From sequence record SRR31156797_5854: 64,000 nt of DNA; one strand, written 5' to 3'. The notes below the pieces were generated by a model. The model did no database searches and was not told the origin of the DNA. It saw nothing but the letters and a program-made list of their open reading frames with translations. Positions 9,880 through 19,720 of the stretch are shown here, piece by piece. Position 1 is the stretch's first letter. Each line of letters starts with the position of its first letter. A program made the translations under genes and the position numbers.

Positions 9880-12800
9880 TTACTTAAAATACTTAACGCC
9901 AGATACGAATATCCTGCTGTCATAATTGCCTGCAACATTCTTGAATGTGCCATTTGTAAATCTTTCATTATGTCCCATCTTACCTAGCACTCGTCCATCA
10001 GGAGAAGTAATTCCTTCTATTGCATATATAGAACCATTTGGATTATAGTCAATATTATATGTTGCGTTGCCTGATAAATCTACATATTGACTTGCTATCT
10101 GACCGTTTGCAATCAGCATTTTTAATACATCATCACTGCATACGAATTTACCCTCACCATGAGAAATCGGAACAGATATTACGTCTCCCACATTTTTCCC
10201 ACTAAGCCAAGGAGATAGATTAGATGCAACTTTAGTATGTACTATTCTGGATTGATGTCTGCCGATGCTATTGAATGTCAATGTTGGCGATTCACTGGTC
10301 ATTGGTATAATCTTACCATATGGCACCAATCCTACCTTTACAAGTGCTTGGAAGCCATTGCATATTCCAAGTATCAATCCATCACGTTTATCCAGCAGAT
10401 TTGTAATGCTTTCTGCAACTCTGCCTGATGATAAGACATTTGCTATATATTTCCCTGAACCCTCCGGTTCATCACCTAGCGAGAATCCTCCCGGTATCAT
10501 AAGTATCTGAGATTGGTCAATAAGGCTAGCAAGCTGCAAAATACTTTCCTCAATTGCCTTTTTACTACAATTCTTAAATATCAAAACACTACACTGTGCC
10601 CCTGCATCTGTAAAGGCACGACTTGTATCGTACTCGCAGTTTGTGCCGGGGAATACTGGTATTACAACCTTTGGTACTGCAACCTTGCTACCTTTAAATG
10701 CAATACTTTTAGTACAATAATTTATTGTCTCAATCTCTTTATAGTCAGTTTCTGCCTGTACAGGGAACACATCCTCAAGCGTTGCTCCAGATGCTTTTAA
10801 TGCTTCATTAATTGTAAGTATTACTCCGTCACATGATAGCGCATCATTATTTGTAGTTTTTCCTATAACCTTTACATTATCACTATTGATCTTTGTACCA
10901 TTTGCAATTTCTGCGACAACAGATAGATATTTGGGTGCATACATTTCCTTACTGGAAATATCTAAATGTACCCCGATTTTATTACCAATTGACATCTTTG
11001 TAATTGTATCAGCTATTCCTGCTTCGGATATAGTATGGGCTGATATTATATTTCCTTTATCAATATTATCCTTTATCAGTTTGCAATTTTCTTTAAATGC
11101 TGAATAGTCTGGCAGTCCATTTTCATCAATTGGAGTTTCTATCAAAATTAATTGATTGCCGCTATCTTTTATTTCAGGAGAAATTATATTGCTTATATCT
11201 GCAGTTGATACAGCAAAGGAAACCAATGTTGGTACTACATCAATATCTTCAAAAGAGCCTGACATGGAGTCCTTACCGCCTATCGCTCCAACTCCCATCG
11301 CAAGCTGTGCATCCAAGGCTCCCAAAAGAGCTGCCATTGGTTTACCCCATCTTTTTGCATCGTTTCTTAACCTTTCAAAGTATTCTTGGAATGACAAGTA
11401 GCATTTACTATAGTCACCACCTGTAATGTTTTGTCTAAGCAATGATTCAAGCACAGAATATATAGAACCATGATATGGTGAAAATCTGAAAATTTCTGGG
11501 AAGAAACCAAAGCTCATAATACTGCAAGTATTTGTCTCCCCCTCAGTCATTGGGATCTTTGCAGCCATTGACTGAGTAGGTGTTAGCTGATATTTGCCTC
11601 CGTAAGGCATAAGAACCGTGCCTGCACCAATACTTGAATCAAACATCTCTACCAAACCTCTTTGGGAACAGGACTTGAGTGAAGATATTTTTTTCAGCCA
11701 GATATCCTTGCTATGTTCCATCTCACCTTTTTCAAATGGATAAAATTCTTTATTTGGAGCAGCAATCACTACCTTTGTATATTGTGATGCACCATTTGTG
11801 TCTATGAAGCTCCTGTCAATATTGAGGCACTCCTTGCCTCGCCATGTCATAATCAGTCTGCCGTTATCAGTAACATCTGCAACCTTAACCGCAGATAGAT
11901 TCTCTTCCAAAGCCAATTCTACAAATTCATCTACGTCATCAGGAGCTAGGACTACAGCCATTCTCTCCTGAGATTCAGATATTGCCAGCTCTGTACCATC
12001 CAAGCCATCGTATTTCCTCGGTACTTTGTCTAAGTCAATTATCAGGCTGTCAGCCAATTCACCTATTGCAACACATACGCCTCCAGCACCGAAATCATTG
12101 CATCGCTTTATTAGCTTAGAAGCATCTTTATTTCTAAATAATCTCTGAAGTTTTCTCTCAGTTGGTGCATTACCTTTTTGCACCTCTGCGCCACAAACCT
12201 CAATAGATTCTGTTGTATGTGCTTTTGATGAGCCTGTTGCTCCTCCACAGCCATCTCTGCCAGTTGCTCCTCCAAGGAGTACAACAACATCACCAGGTGC
12301 TGGTCTCTCTCTAACTACATTTTCTGCTGGCGCTGCAGCTATTACGGCGCCTATTTCCATACGCTTTGCTACATAACTAGGGTCGTAGACTTCACATACC
12401 TGTCCAGTTGCAAGCCCGATTTGATTACCATATGATGAATACCCATGAGCCGCTTTTGTGGTAATTACTCTCTGAGGCAGTTTTCCGGGAAGATGATTCG
12501 TTACATCAACTGTAGGGTCAGCACAGCCTGTAACCCTCATTGCCTGATAAACATAAGACCTGCCTGACAATGGATCACGTATAGCTCCGCCCAAGCATGT
12601 CGCTGCACCACCAAATGGCTCAATCTCTGTAGGATGATTATGAGTTTCATTCTTAAACATCAATAACCAAGGTTCAGTTTCGCCGTTAACATCAACATCT
12701 ATTTTTATAGAACATGCATTTATTTCTTCAGATTCATCTAAATCTTTAAGTGCACCTTTTTTCTTTAATATCTTTACTGCTATTGTTGCTGCATCCATGA

Positions 12801-13617
12801 GACATTCAGGCTTATGAGTAATTTTTTCACAGTACAATTCTTCACGAAAACCCCTGTATTCTTTAAGTGTTTCTTTTGCTTTGTCAAGAAATTCACTGTC
12901 CTCAATATCTATGTCTTCAATAATTGTAGAAAAAGTCGTATGTCTGCAGTGATCAGACCAATATGTATCCAATACTCTTATTTCTGTTACAAATGGATCT
13001 CTTTTAATATTAGCAAAATAATTTCGTACATGAATTACATCCGCAATGCTCATTGCTAGTCCATAATCATTTTTAAATGATTCGCATTCTTTATCATTCA
13101 TTTCGCAAAATCCATTAATAACCTCAATATCCTGGGGAACAGGGAGCTCTACATCTAGAGTCTCATATTCATCAAGTGTAACCTCGTGTGCTTCCACTGG
13201 ATTTATTAAATAGTCCTTGATATCCGCTATATCTTCCTTAGAAATATCACCAGATAAAATATATACTCTGGCATTCTTCAGCTTAGGACGAGCACCACTG
13301 CATATCAAACCAATACACTCAATCGCTGAATCAGCTCGCTGATCAAACTGCCCCGGCAAATATTCAACTGCAAATATATTGCTGCCTTTATCATCTATAC
13401 TATAGCTGACACTATCAACTGCTGGCTCGCTAAACACACTATCTACAGCTTTTGCAAACTGCTCTTCGTCAAGACCTTCGACATCGTATCTGTTTAGCAG
13501 CCTTATATTATCTAAATTATCAATATGCAGATTTTCCCTTAAGTCACTTAAAATATGCTGTGCTTGATTATCATAGCCAGCCATTTTCTCTACATACACT
13601 CGTCTTGTACAATTCAT
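9880..13617 (-). CDS. purL: Phosphoribosylformylglycinamidine synthase, large single-chain form
   Basis: DTYWSDHCRH, KNETHNHPTEIEPFGGAAT, ISESQERM, GGKDSMSG; glutaminase domain FPGTNCE, GICNGFQ and KMGHNER. Start at 13617 after GGAGG. Confidence 0.96.
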   Translation of the reverse strand: MNCTRRVYVEKMAGYDNQAQHILSDLRENLHIDNLDNIRLLNRYDVEGLDEEQFAKAVDSVFSEPAVDSVSYSIDDKGSNIFAVEYLPGQFDQRADSAIECIGLICSGARPKLKNARVYILSGDISKEDIADIKDYLINPVEAHEVTLDEYETLDVELPVPQDIEVINGFCEMNDKECESFKNDYGLAMSIADVIHVRNYFANIKRDPFVTEIRVLDTYWSDHCRHTTFSTIIEDIDIEDSEFLDKAKETLKEYRGFREELYCEKITHKPECLMDAATIAVKILKKKGALKDLDESEEINACSIKIDVDVNGETEPWLLMFKNETHNHPTEIEPFGGAATCLGGAIRDPLSGRSYVYQAMRVTGCADPTVDVTNHLPGKLPQRVITTKAAHGYSSYGNQIGLATGQVCEVYDPSYVAKRMEIGAVIAAAPAENVVRERPAPGDVVVLLGGATGRDGCGGATGSSKAHTTESIEVCGAEVQKGNAPTERKLQRLFRNKDASKLIKRCNDFGAGGVCVAIGELADSLIIDLDKVPRKYDGLDGTELAISESQERMAVVLAPDDVDEFVELALEENLSAVKVADVTDNGRLIMTWRGKECLNIDRSFIDTNGASQYTKVVIAAPNKEFYPFEKGEMEHSKDIWLKKISSLKSCSQRGLVEMFDSSIGAGTVLMPYGGKYQLTPTQSMAAKIPMTEGETNTCSIMSFGFFPEIFRFSPYHGSIYSVLESLLRQNITGGDYSKCYLSFQEYFERLRNDAKRWGKPMAALLGALDAQLAMGVGAIGGKDSMSGSFEDIDVVPTLVSFAVSTADISNIISPEIKDSGNQLILIETPIDENGLPDYSAFKENCKLIKDNIDKGNIISAHTISEAGIADTITKMSIGNKIGVHLDISSKEMYAPKYLSVVAEIANGTKINSDNVKVIGKTTNNDALSCDGVILTINEALKASGATLEDVFPVQAETDYKEIETINYCTKSIAFKGSKVAVPKVVIPVFPGTNCEYDTSRAFTDAGAQCSVLIFKNCSKKAIEESILQLASLIDQSQILMIPGGFSLGDEPEGSGKYIANVLSSGRVAESITNLLDKRDGLILGICNGFQALVKVGLVPYGKIIPMTSESPTLTFNSIGRHQSRIVHTKVASNLSPWLSGKNVGDVISVPISHGEGKFVCSDDVLKMLIANGQIASQYVDLSGNATYNIDYNPNGSIYAIEGITSPDGRVLGKMGHNERFTNGTFKNVAGNYDSRIFVSGVKYFK

Positions 13618-13710
13618 TAGTAAAAGATAACCTCCAATATTCATTGTCCAAATTAAAATTCGTAATGATTATATCACAATGTGCTTGATTTAGCACTTAA
13701 AAAATGACAA

Positions 13711-13778
13711 AAATACGTACTTTTTTATTCGCTTTACAATAATTGTACGTGTTTACTTGGTTTTCATGTTCGAATATT
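13711..13778. promoter_or_regulatory. Candidate PurBox (PurR operator) cluster upstream of purL
   Basis: Inverted 14-mers AAATACGTACTTTT (13711-13724) and AATTGTACGTGTTT (13741-13754) 16 nt apart, plus ATATTCGAACATG on the minus strand near 13765-13777. Resembles Bacillus PurBox geometry. Confidence 0.5.
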
Positions 13779-13978
13779 GTTAATTTCCGGTCAATATTGT
13801 AGAAACTTGGGTAAAAGCCTTGAACAAACATGCAGATGTATACTATAATAAGTTGTTATAAATAATAATATGACATAGATTTACGACTGACAGTATTATT
13901 AAACTCATAAGAGTATTATATTAATATCGATAATATTGTTGCTATGCCAAGAGAACTTGCAGAAAGGAATAGCACATT

Positions 13979-14185
13979 ATGAATACTGAAAATTTTGAAC
14001 AGATGATGTATAAGATTGACAGTGCAATAGAAAAATTAGAATCTGGGGAGTTATCACTAGATGAAAGCATCAAAGTATATGCAGATGCTGTGTCTGTGAC
14101 AAAGAAATGCTTCAAACAATTAGACAAAGCTAAACTTACAGTAGAAAAAGTAAACGATGAATTATTAAAGGAAAATGATGACTAG
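13979..14185 (+). CDS. xseB: Exodeoxyribonuclease VII small subunit
   Basis: FEQMMYKIDSAIEKLESGELSLDESIKVY pattern; upstream of ispA. Confidence 0.9.
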   Translation: MNTENFEQMMYKIDSAIEKLESGELSLDESIKVYADAVSVTKKCFKQLDKAKLTVEKVNDELLKENDD

Positions 14186-15059
14186 CTTTCTAGTACAATA
14201 TGACAATACAAAAAAACAATTCAATGAGTATTTAGATAAATACCTTTTGGGATTCAAATATAATGAACTGCTTACCGAATCTATGAAGTATTCGCTAAAT
14301 GCCGGCGGTAAAAGACTGCGCCCTGTGCTTATGATTGAGACAGGCAGGCTATTTGGTTTATCTATTGATAGAATAATACCATTTGCGATATCTATTGAAA
14401 TGATTCACACCTATTCATTGATACATGATGATCTGCCTGCAATGGATAATGATACTCTGCGAAGAGGCAAGCCTACAAATCATGTGGTCTATGGAGAAGA
14501 TAATGCAATATTAGCAGGTGACGGACTGTTGAATCTGGCATTTGAAGTAGTTAGTAACAATTTTGATATTAACAACGGACAGAATTATTTAAAAGCATTG
14601 CAGCAGCTAGTCAAGTCATCCGGTGCATCAGGAATGATTGGCGGTCAGTCATTGGATGTTAATGCTAATGGTGAATTTCATAGTATTAGTGAGCTTAAGA
14701 ATATGCATTCATTAAAAACTGGAGCATTGTTTGAAAGCTCATGCTTGTGCCCTGCATTTATTGCAGGAGCAGAGGAAAAATTCATTAACAGCTTGCAGAA
14801 TTATTCAAAAGAATTTGGACTCTTATTCCAGATAACGGATGATATACTGGATATTACTGGAGACAGCAGTAAATTAGGTAAAACAATAGGTAAAGATAAG
14901 AAAGACAGTAAATCAACGTATGTGAATATACTTGGTCTTGAAGAAAGCAAGAGAATTGCCCAAGATACAGCTGAAAAGGCGAAATCATCACTTGATATAT
15001 TTGAAATAAAAGAATTTCACTTAGGTTTGATTGAATACGTTTTGGGAAGGGATAGATGA
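14175..15059 (+). CDS. ispA: Geranyltranstransferase / FPP synthase
   Basis: GGKRLRP, HDDLPAMDND..RRG, LAGDGL and FQITDDILD. Confidence 0.93.
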   Translation: MMTSFLVQYDNTKKQFNEYLDKYLLGFKYNELLTESMKYSLNAGGKRLRPVLMIETGRLFGLSIDRIIPFAISIEMIHTYSLIHDDLPAMDNDTLRRGKPTNHVVYGEDNAILAGDGLLNLAFEVVSNNFDINNGQNYLKALQQLVKSSGASGMIGGQSLDVNANGEFHSISELKNMHSLKTGALFESSCLCPAFIAGAEEKFINSLQNYSKEFGLLFQITDDILDITGDSSKLGKTIGKDKKDSKSTYVNILGLEESKRIAQDTAEKAKSSLDIFEIKEFHLGLIEYVLGRDR

Positions 15060-15505
15060 TGAACTGGAATTTTTGGGTACTATTTTCAACGCCATATTTT
15101 ATAGTTGCTTTTATATCATGGTTTCTGGCACAATTCCTTAAAATATTTACTGAAGGTAAAATTTTACCTAGACGTTTTTTTGCTTCAGGAGGTATGCCGA
15201 GTTCACATAGCTCAACTGTTGTGGGTGTTTCAGTAGCTGTTGGAATTTTGCATGGTTTTGATTCTGCAGTATTTGCAGTCTCTATAGTTTTCTCTGGTAT
15301 TGTAATGTACGATGCCGCTAACGTTCGATATCAAACAGGAAAACAAGCTGAAATCATTAATGATTTAGTAGAATTTGTACGTGAGCACAAGGACTTTGGC
15401 GCAGATGAATTAAAAGAAATTATTGGGCACGAGCCCTTTGAAGTACTGATGGGTGCTATTCTTGGTGCTGTAATCGCAGTAATATACTGCAGAACGATGT
15501 TTTAA
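15056..15505 (+). CDS. Divergent PAP2 family (DUF212) membrane protein
   Basis: GGMPSSHS, VMYDA and LKEIIGHEPFEV; usual position after ispA. Confidence 0.9.
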   Translation: MMNWNFWVLFSTPYFIVAFISWFLAQFLKIFTEGKILPRRFFASGGMPSSHSSTVVGVSVAVGILHGFDSAVFAVSIVFSGIVMYDAANVRYQTGKQAEIINDLVEFVREHKDFGADELKEIIGHEPFEVLMGAILGAVIAVIYCRTMF

Positions 15506-15546
15506 TAATTTAGAACTTAACTTAGATTAGTGTAAATCTAGGTAAA

Positions 15547-15736
15547 TATAGTCGTGTATGCGAAAAACAATATCAATGGGTATTGTAATATTGTTTTAAG
15601 TATTCCGCAGAATAATAATACGATTTACTGGAAATTGCAGGGGAACACTCTGTCTTTTGGCTTGTCTGTTTTGCATACACATAACAACAATAATCGATAG
15701 TATTTCGATTATAAAAACACACTAAACGAGACTATA
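15547..15736 (+). ncRNA. Candidate structured 5' leader of rnj (no known family recognised)
   Basis: Nested complementary segments: 15547-15553/15730-15736, 15554-15565/15669-15680, 15566-15573/15588-15595, 15601-15614 and 15690-15697/15705-15712. Confidence 0.4.
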
Positions 15737-15760
15737 CGCATAGAAAGGCATAAAAATAAA

Positions 15761-17413
15761 ATGAGCAAACTAAAGATAATACCATTAGGTGGTGTTGAAG
15801 AAATCGGGAAGAACTTAACAGTAATCGAGTATGGAAAGAACATAATAATAATTGACTTTGGACTATCTTTTCCAGATGAGGAAATGCCGGGAATAGACAT
15901 AGTCATTCCTGATATTACATATCTGGAAGAAAATAAGGACAAAGTACGAGCTATTATAATAACTCATGGTCATGAAGACCATATTGGTGCGATACCATAT
16001 TATATAAATGATTTCAACGTACCGATATACGGAACAGAATTAACAATAGGCTTAATCAAATCCAAATTCAAAGAACATAATATTAACGGTGTTAGCTTAA
16101 ATATTATCACTCCCCGTACACCATTTTCCATTGCATGCTTTACCATAGAACCAATTCAGGTCAGTCACTCTATTCAGGGTTCTGTAGCATTCGCAATAAC
16201 AACTCCAGTAGGAGTAATAGTGCACACAGGTGACTTTAGAGTCGACTTTACTCCTGTTGATGGTCATGTAATAGACCTAGCAAGATTTGCTTCAATAGGT
16301 GAAGAGGGCGTACTAATGATGCTGGCTGACTCTACCAATGTAGAACGTCCCGGTTATACTCAGTCAGAGAGTATGGTAGGCGGTAGTTTTGAGGAAATAT
16401 TCCAGGAGGCAAGCGGTCGGATCATTGTATCCACATTCTCTTCGAATATTCACAGAATACAGCAAATAGTTGATAATGCTGCATTATATGGCAGAAAAGT
16501 ATGCTTTACAGGTCGCTCCATGCTGAGAATCAGTGAAGTAGCAACAAGTATTAATCAGCTGAAGATAGACGATAAGAACTTGATAGAAGTCAATCAAATA
16601 AAGAACTACACCAATAATAAACTGGTAATAATAACAACTGGCTCTCAGGGAGAATCCATGTCAGGCTTAGTCCGTATGGCAACAGGCAACCATAGCCAGA
16701 TAAATATTATTCCCGGAGATACAGTCGTTCTTTCCGCCAGTCCTATTCCAGGTAACGAGAAATTCGTATACAGACTGATAAATCAATTATTCAAAAAGGG
16801 TGCAGATGTAAAGTACGGCAATTTCGAGGATATTCATACATCAGGACATGCTTGTCAAGAGGAACTCAAGCTGATGCATGAATTGGTGAAGCCAAAGTTC
16901 TTCATGCCTGTTCATGGCGAATACAGACATCTAAGATTACATGGTCAACTGGCGCAAAAGCTGGGCATGGATAAAAAGAATATAGTAATTCCTGAAATAG
17001 GTAAAGTATATAAAATTGCTCCGAACAAGATTGAAATAGGCGAAACAGTGCCTCACGGAGCTGTATTGGTAGATGGGCTTGGCATCGGCGATGTTGGCGA
17101 AGTAGTTCTTCGTGACCGAAAGCACTTGTCTCAGGATGGATTAATTATCGTTGTGTTAACTATCCAAAAGGATGAAGGTATCCTTCTGGCAGGTCCAGAT
17201 ATAATATCTCGTGGTTTCGTTTATGTAAAAGAATCTGAAGAATTACTGGAAGAACTTCGCGAAGTGGTAATGAATATAGTTGAAAACGCATCGCCTAGCC
17301 AGATGATGCAGTGGACAGAAATGAAAACTAAGATTCGTAAAGCTGTCAGACGATTCCTGTACAACAAAACCAGAAGGAAACCAATGATTCTGCCTGTATT
17401 TATGGGAATCTAA
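15761..17413 (+). CDS. rnj: Ribonuclease J
   Basis: PLGGVEEIGKN, THGHEDHIGA, HTGDF, DSTN, TGSQGE, HTSGHA, PVHGEYRH and PMILP. Confidence 0.96.
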   Translation: MSKLKIIPLGGVEEIGKNLTVIEYGKNIIIIDFGLSFPDEEMPGIDIVIPDITYLEENKDKVRAIIITHGHEDHIGAIPYYINDFNVPIYGTELTIGLIKSKFKEHNINGVSLNIITPRTPFSIACFTIEPIQVSHSIQGSVAFAITTPVGVIVHTGDFRVDFTPVDGHVIDLARFASIGEEGVLMMLADSTNVERPGYTQSESMVGGSFEEIFQEASGRIIVSTFSSNIHRIQQIVDNAALYGRKVCFTGRSMLRISEVATSINQLKIDDKNLIEVNQIKNYTNNKLVIITTGSQGESMSGLVRMATGNHSQINIIPGDTVVLSASPIPGNEKFVYRLINQLFKKGADVKYGNFEDIHTSGHACQEELKLMHELVKPKFFMPVHGEYRHLRLHGQLAQKLGMDKKNIVIPEIGKVYKIAPNKIEIGETVPHGAVLVDGLGIGDVGEVVLRDRKHLSQDGLIIVVLTIQKDEGILLAGPDIISRGFVYVKESEELLEELREVVMNIVENASPSQMMQWTEMKTKIRKAVRRFLYNKTRRKPMILPVFMGI

Positions 17414-17430
17414 TTGAATCTTGCTATTTT

Positions 17431-18414
17431 ATGACTAGTATATTATTAATAGGCTTTATAGTGCTGGGCTTTTTGCTGGGGCGTATATCAATAAACAAAA
17501 AGCTTTTCTCTATTAAAGCACTCAAAACATCAATATCTATTGGGCAAAACATGTCTATAATCATACTGCTTTTGCTTATGGGATATAAAATTGCATCAAA
17601 TGAGAATGTATTGAATTCATTTAGTTCTATAGGTATTAATTCAATACTTTTTGGGTTAACAACACTCATTGGCTCTGCATTTGCAACATACTTGATTATT
17701 AAAATCTACAAGAAGTTTTCACATCCTGATAAGCATAAGAAGTTGAATATTATTAATGAGGAATTGCTATTAAATGAAGAATCTCATAGCAATCTTCATA
17801 ATTTCAGTATTATAGGATTATACTTGCTTTTAGTTTTTGCTGGTGGATTTGTATCATATTTTGAAGTTGTAAAAACTACTTCAGATAATCTAGGTACTAT
17901 TATAGATTATTCATTATTTTCAATGGTATTTTTTGTAGGAGCAGACTTAGGTTCATCACAAATGACAATAAAATCTCTGCTGTCTATCGGTCGTTCAGTA
18001 ATGATTTGCTGTATAGGTGTTATTACTGGTTCACTATTGGGAGGATTAATAATAGGTTATGCTTTGGGATATGATGCTCTGTTTTCCATTGCCATAGGCA
18101 GCGCCATGGGCTGGTACTCGTTAGCTGGCGTACTGCTGTCTAATATTGACCCACAATTAGGAGCAATAGCTTTTTTATCTAATTTGGTTAGAGAATTGGG
18201 AGCTATGGCATTCGTTCCGCTGATTAGCCTGCTTCTTTGTCCTGAAGCTGCTATATCTTCATGTGGTGCGACTGCAATGGATACATGCCTGCCTGCTATA
18301 ACAAAAGGCTTAGGAAGAGAATACATACTATCTGGATTTGCATGCGGCATTATCATTTCCACAATTGTGCCTTTTTTCCTTAGCATAATACAATTTATTT
18401 ATGGTATAATGTAA
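17431..18414 (+). CDS. LysO/DUF340-family membrane exporter
   Basis: Multi-TM protein with MGWYSLAG, LSNLVRE and GATAMDTCLP motifs. Confidence 0.8.
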   Translation: MTSILLIGFIVLGFLLGRISINKKLFSIKALKTSISIGQNMSIIILLLLMGYKIASNENVLNSFSSIGINSILFGLTTLIGSAFATYLIIKIYKKFSHPDKHKKLNIINEELLLNEESHSNLHNFSIIGLYLLLVFAGGFVSYFEVVKTTSDNLGTIIDYSLFSMVFFVGADLGSSQMTIKSLLSIGRSVMICCIGVITGSLLGGLIIGYALGYDALFSIAIGSAMGWYSLAGVLLSNIDPQLGAIAFLSNLVRELGAMAFVPLISLLLCPEAAISSCGATAMDTCLPAITKGLGREYILSGFACGIIISTIVPFFLSIIQFIYGIM

Positions 18415-18517
18415 ATTGAGTTTCGCATTTTCCACTAGTAAGTCAAAAATTGGGAAACTCCCTATATTGTAAACATTAGTTTTTAGAGGGTCTTAATCAA
18501 ACCCCGGAGGTAAAAAT

Positions 18518-19720
18518 TTGAGAAATTATAACTCAAGATCATACAACAATTATGTAAGACAGGAAAACAAGTCTTTAAAAAAACGTGAGCCAATGAGCAG
18601 ATACACCCTCTTTTATAGTATCTGGAAAGTAATTCGTTCTCTGTTGATTATTGTTGTTGCCATTATGCTTGTTTTAAGCGGTGTATATTTTGGCGTGGAT
18701 TATGCTCTAAACAATTACTGGCTTCCTACATCTGATAATGACACTACTGAAATTCAGGTGAATATTCCAAAAGGCACATCCGTCAGCGGAATAGCAGAGA
18801 TTATGTACACAAGCGGTTTGGTAAATAATCCAAAGGTATTTGAATACTACATAGATTTTTCTGGCTATGGCAGCAAGATGCAAGCAGGATTATATACACT
18901 CAACAGAACTATGACAATGAAGGAAATTATGATTCAGCTATCCGAAGGTGCTGGTGCTGCTCCGGTAACAGAATTTATGATTATTGAAGGTTCAAGTATC
19001 ACAGTTACTGCAGATAAACTATTAGCAGACGAAGTAATCACGTCAGTTGATGAATTCCTATCTGCAGCACAAAACATAGATGATTATAAAAATTATAATT
19101 TTATTTCAGAAGCTCTTGCAAACAAATCAGATTCAAGATTATATGTTTTAGAGGGATATTTATATCCAGCAAAATATGAGATATATATTGGTTCTACACC
19201 TGAAACAATAATAAATAAGATGCTGACAAAATTCTCTGACGTTTACGATGAAAAATTTATCACTCGTACTCACGAATTAGGCTATACAATTGATGAAATA
19301 GTGACTCTAGCATCAGTAATTGAGAGAGAATCCAGACCTGATGATTTCGCAAAAGTCAGTGCTGTATTCCACAACAGAATAAATAAGGATATGAAGCTAG
19401 AAAGCTGTGCAAGTATACAGTATATTCTTGGTACAAGGAAACTGAAACTAACAAATGAGGATATCTCGATTGATTCATTCTATAACACATATCTGTACAG
19501 CGGTCTCCCAGCTGGACCTATCTGCTCTCCATCGGAAAAGGCAATAGAAGCCGCTCTATATCCAGATGAAGAGTACATTGCGGATGAATACCTGTTCTTT
19601 GCTACAAAAGACCCTGCATCAGGCGAATTAGCATTTGCTAGAACTGCACAGGAACATGCCAATAATGTTGCTATGTATGAACCGCTGTGGATTGCTTACG
19701 ATCAAGAACAAGGCTATTAA
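18518..19720 (+). CDS. mltG: Endolytic transglycosylase MltG (YceG)
   Basis: N-terminal TM, IPKGTS, LEGYLYP, LASVIERE, SAVFHNRI, YNTY and GLPAGPICSP. TTG start after GGAGG. Confidence 0.93.
   Translation: MRNYNSRSYNNYVRQENKSLKKREPMSRYTLFYSIWKVIRSLLIIVVAIMLVLSGVYFGVDYALNNYWLPTSDNDTTEIQVNIPKGTSVSGIAEIMYTSGLVNNPKVFEYYIDFSGYGSKMQAGLYTLNRTMTMKEIMIQLSEGAGAAPVTEFMIIEGSSITVTADKLLADEVITSVDEFLSAAQNIDDYKNYNFISEALANKSDSRLYVLEGYLYPAKYEIYIGSTPETIINKMLTKFSDVYDEKFITRTHELGYTIDEIVTLASVIERESRPDDFAKVSAVFHNRINKDMKLESCASIQYILGTRKLKLTNEDISIDSFYNTYLYSGLPAGPICSPSEKAIEAALYPDEEYIADEYLFFATKDPASGELAFARTAQEHANNVAMYEPLWIAYDQEQGY

Noticed and set aside
15547-15736. Known riboswitch, T-box or 6S RNA upstream of rnj
   Set aside because: Conserved cores of lysine, c-di-AMP, cobalamin and T-box elements were not found, and the branched pairing does not fit the 6S rod; retained only as an unclassified candidate.
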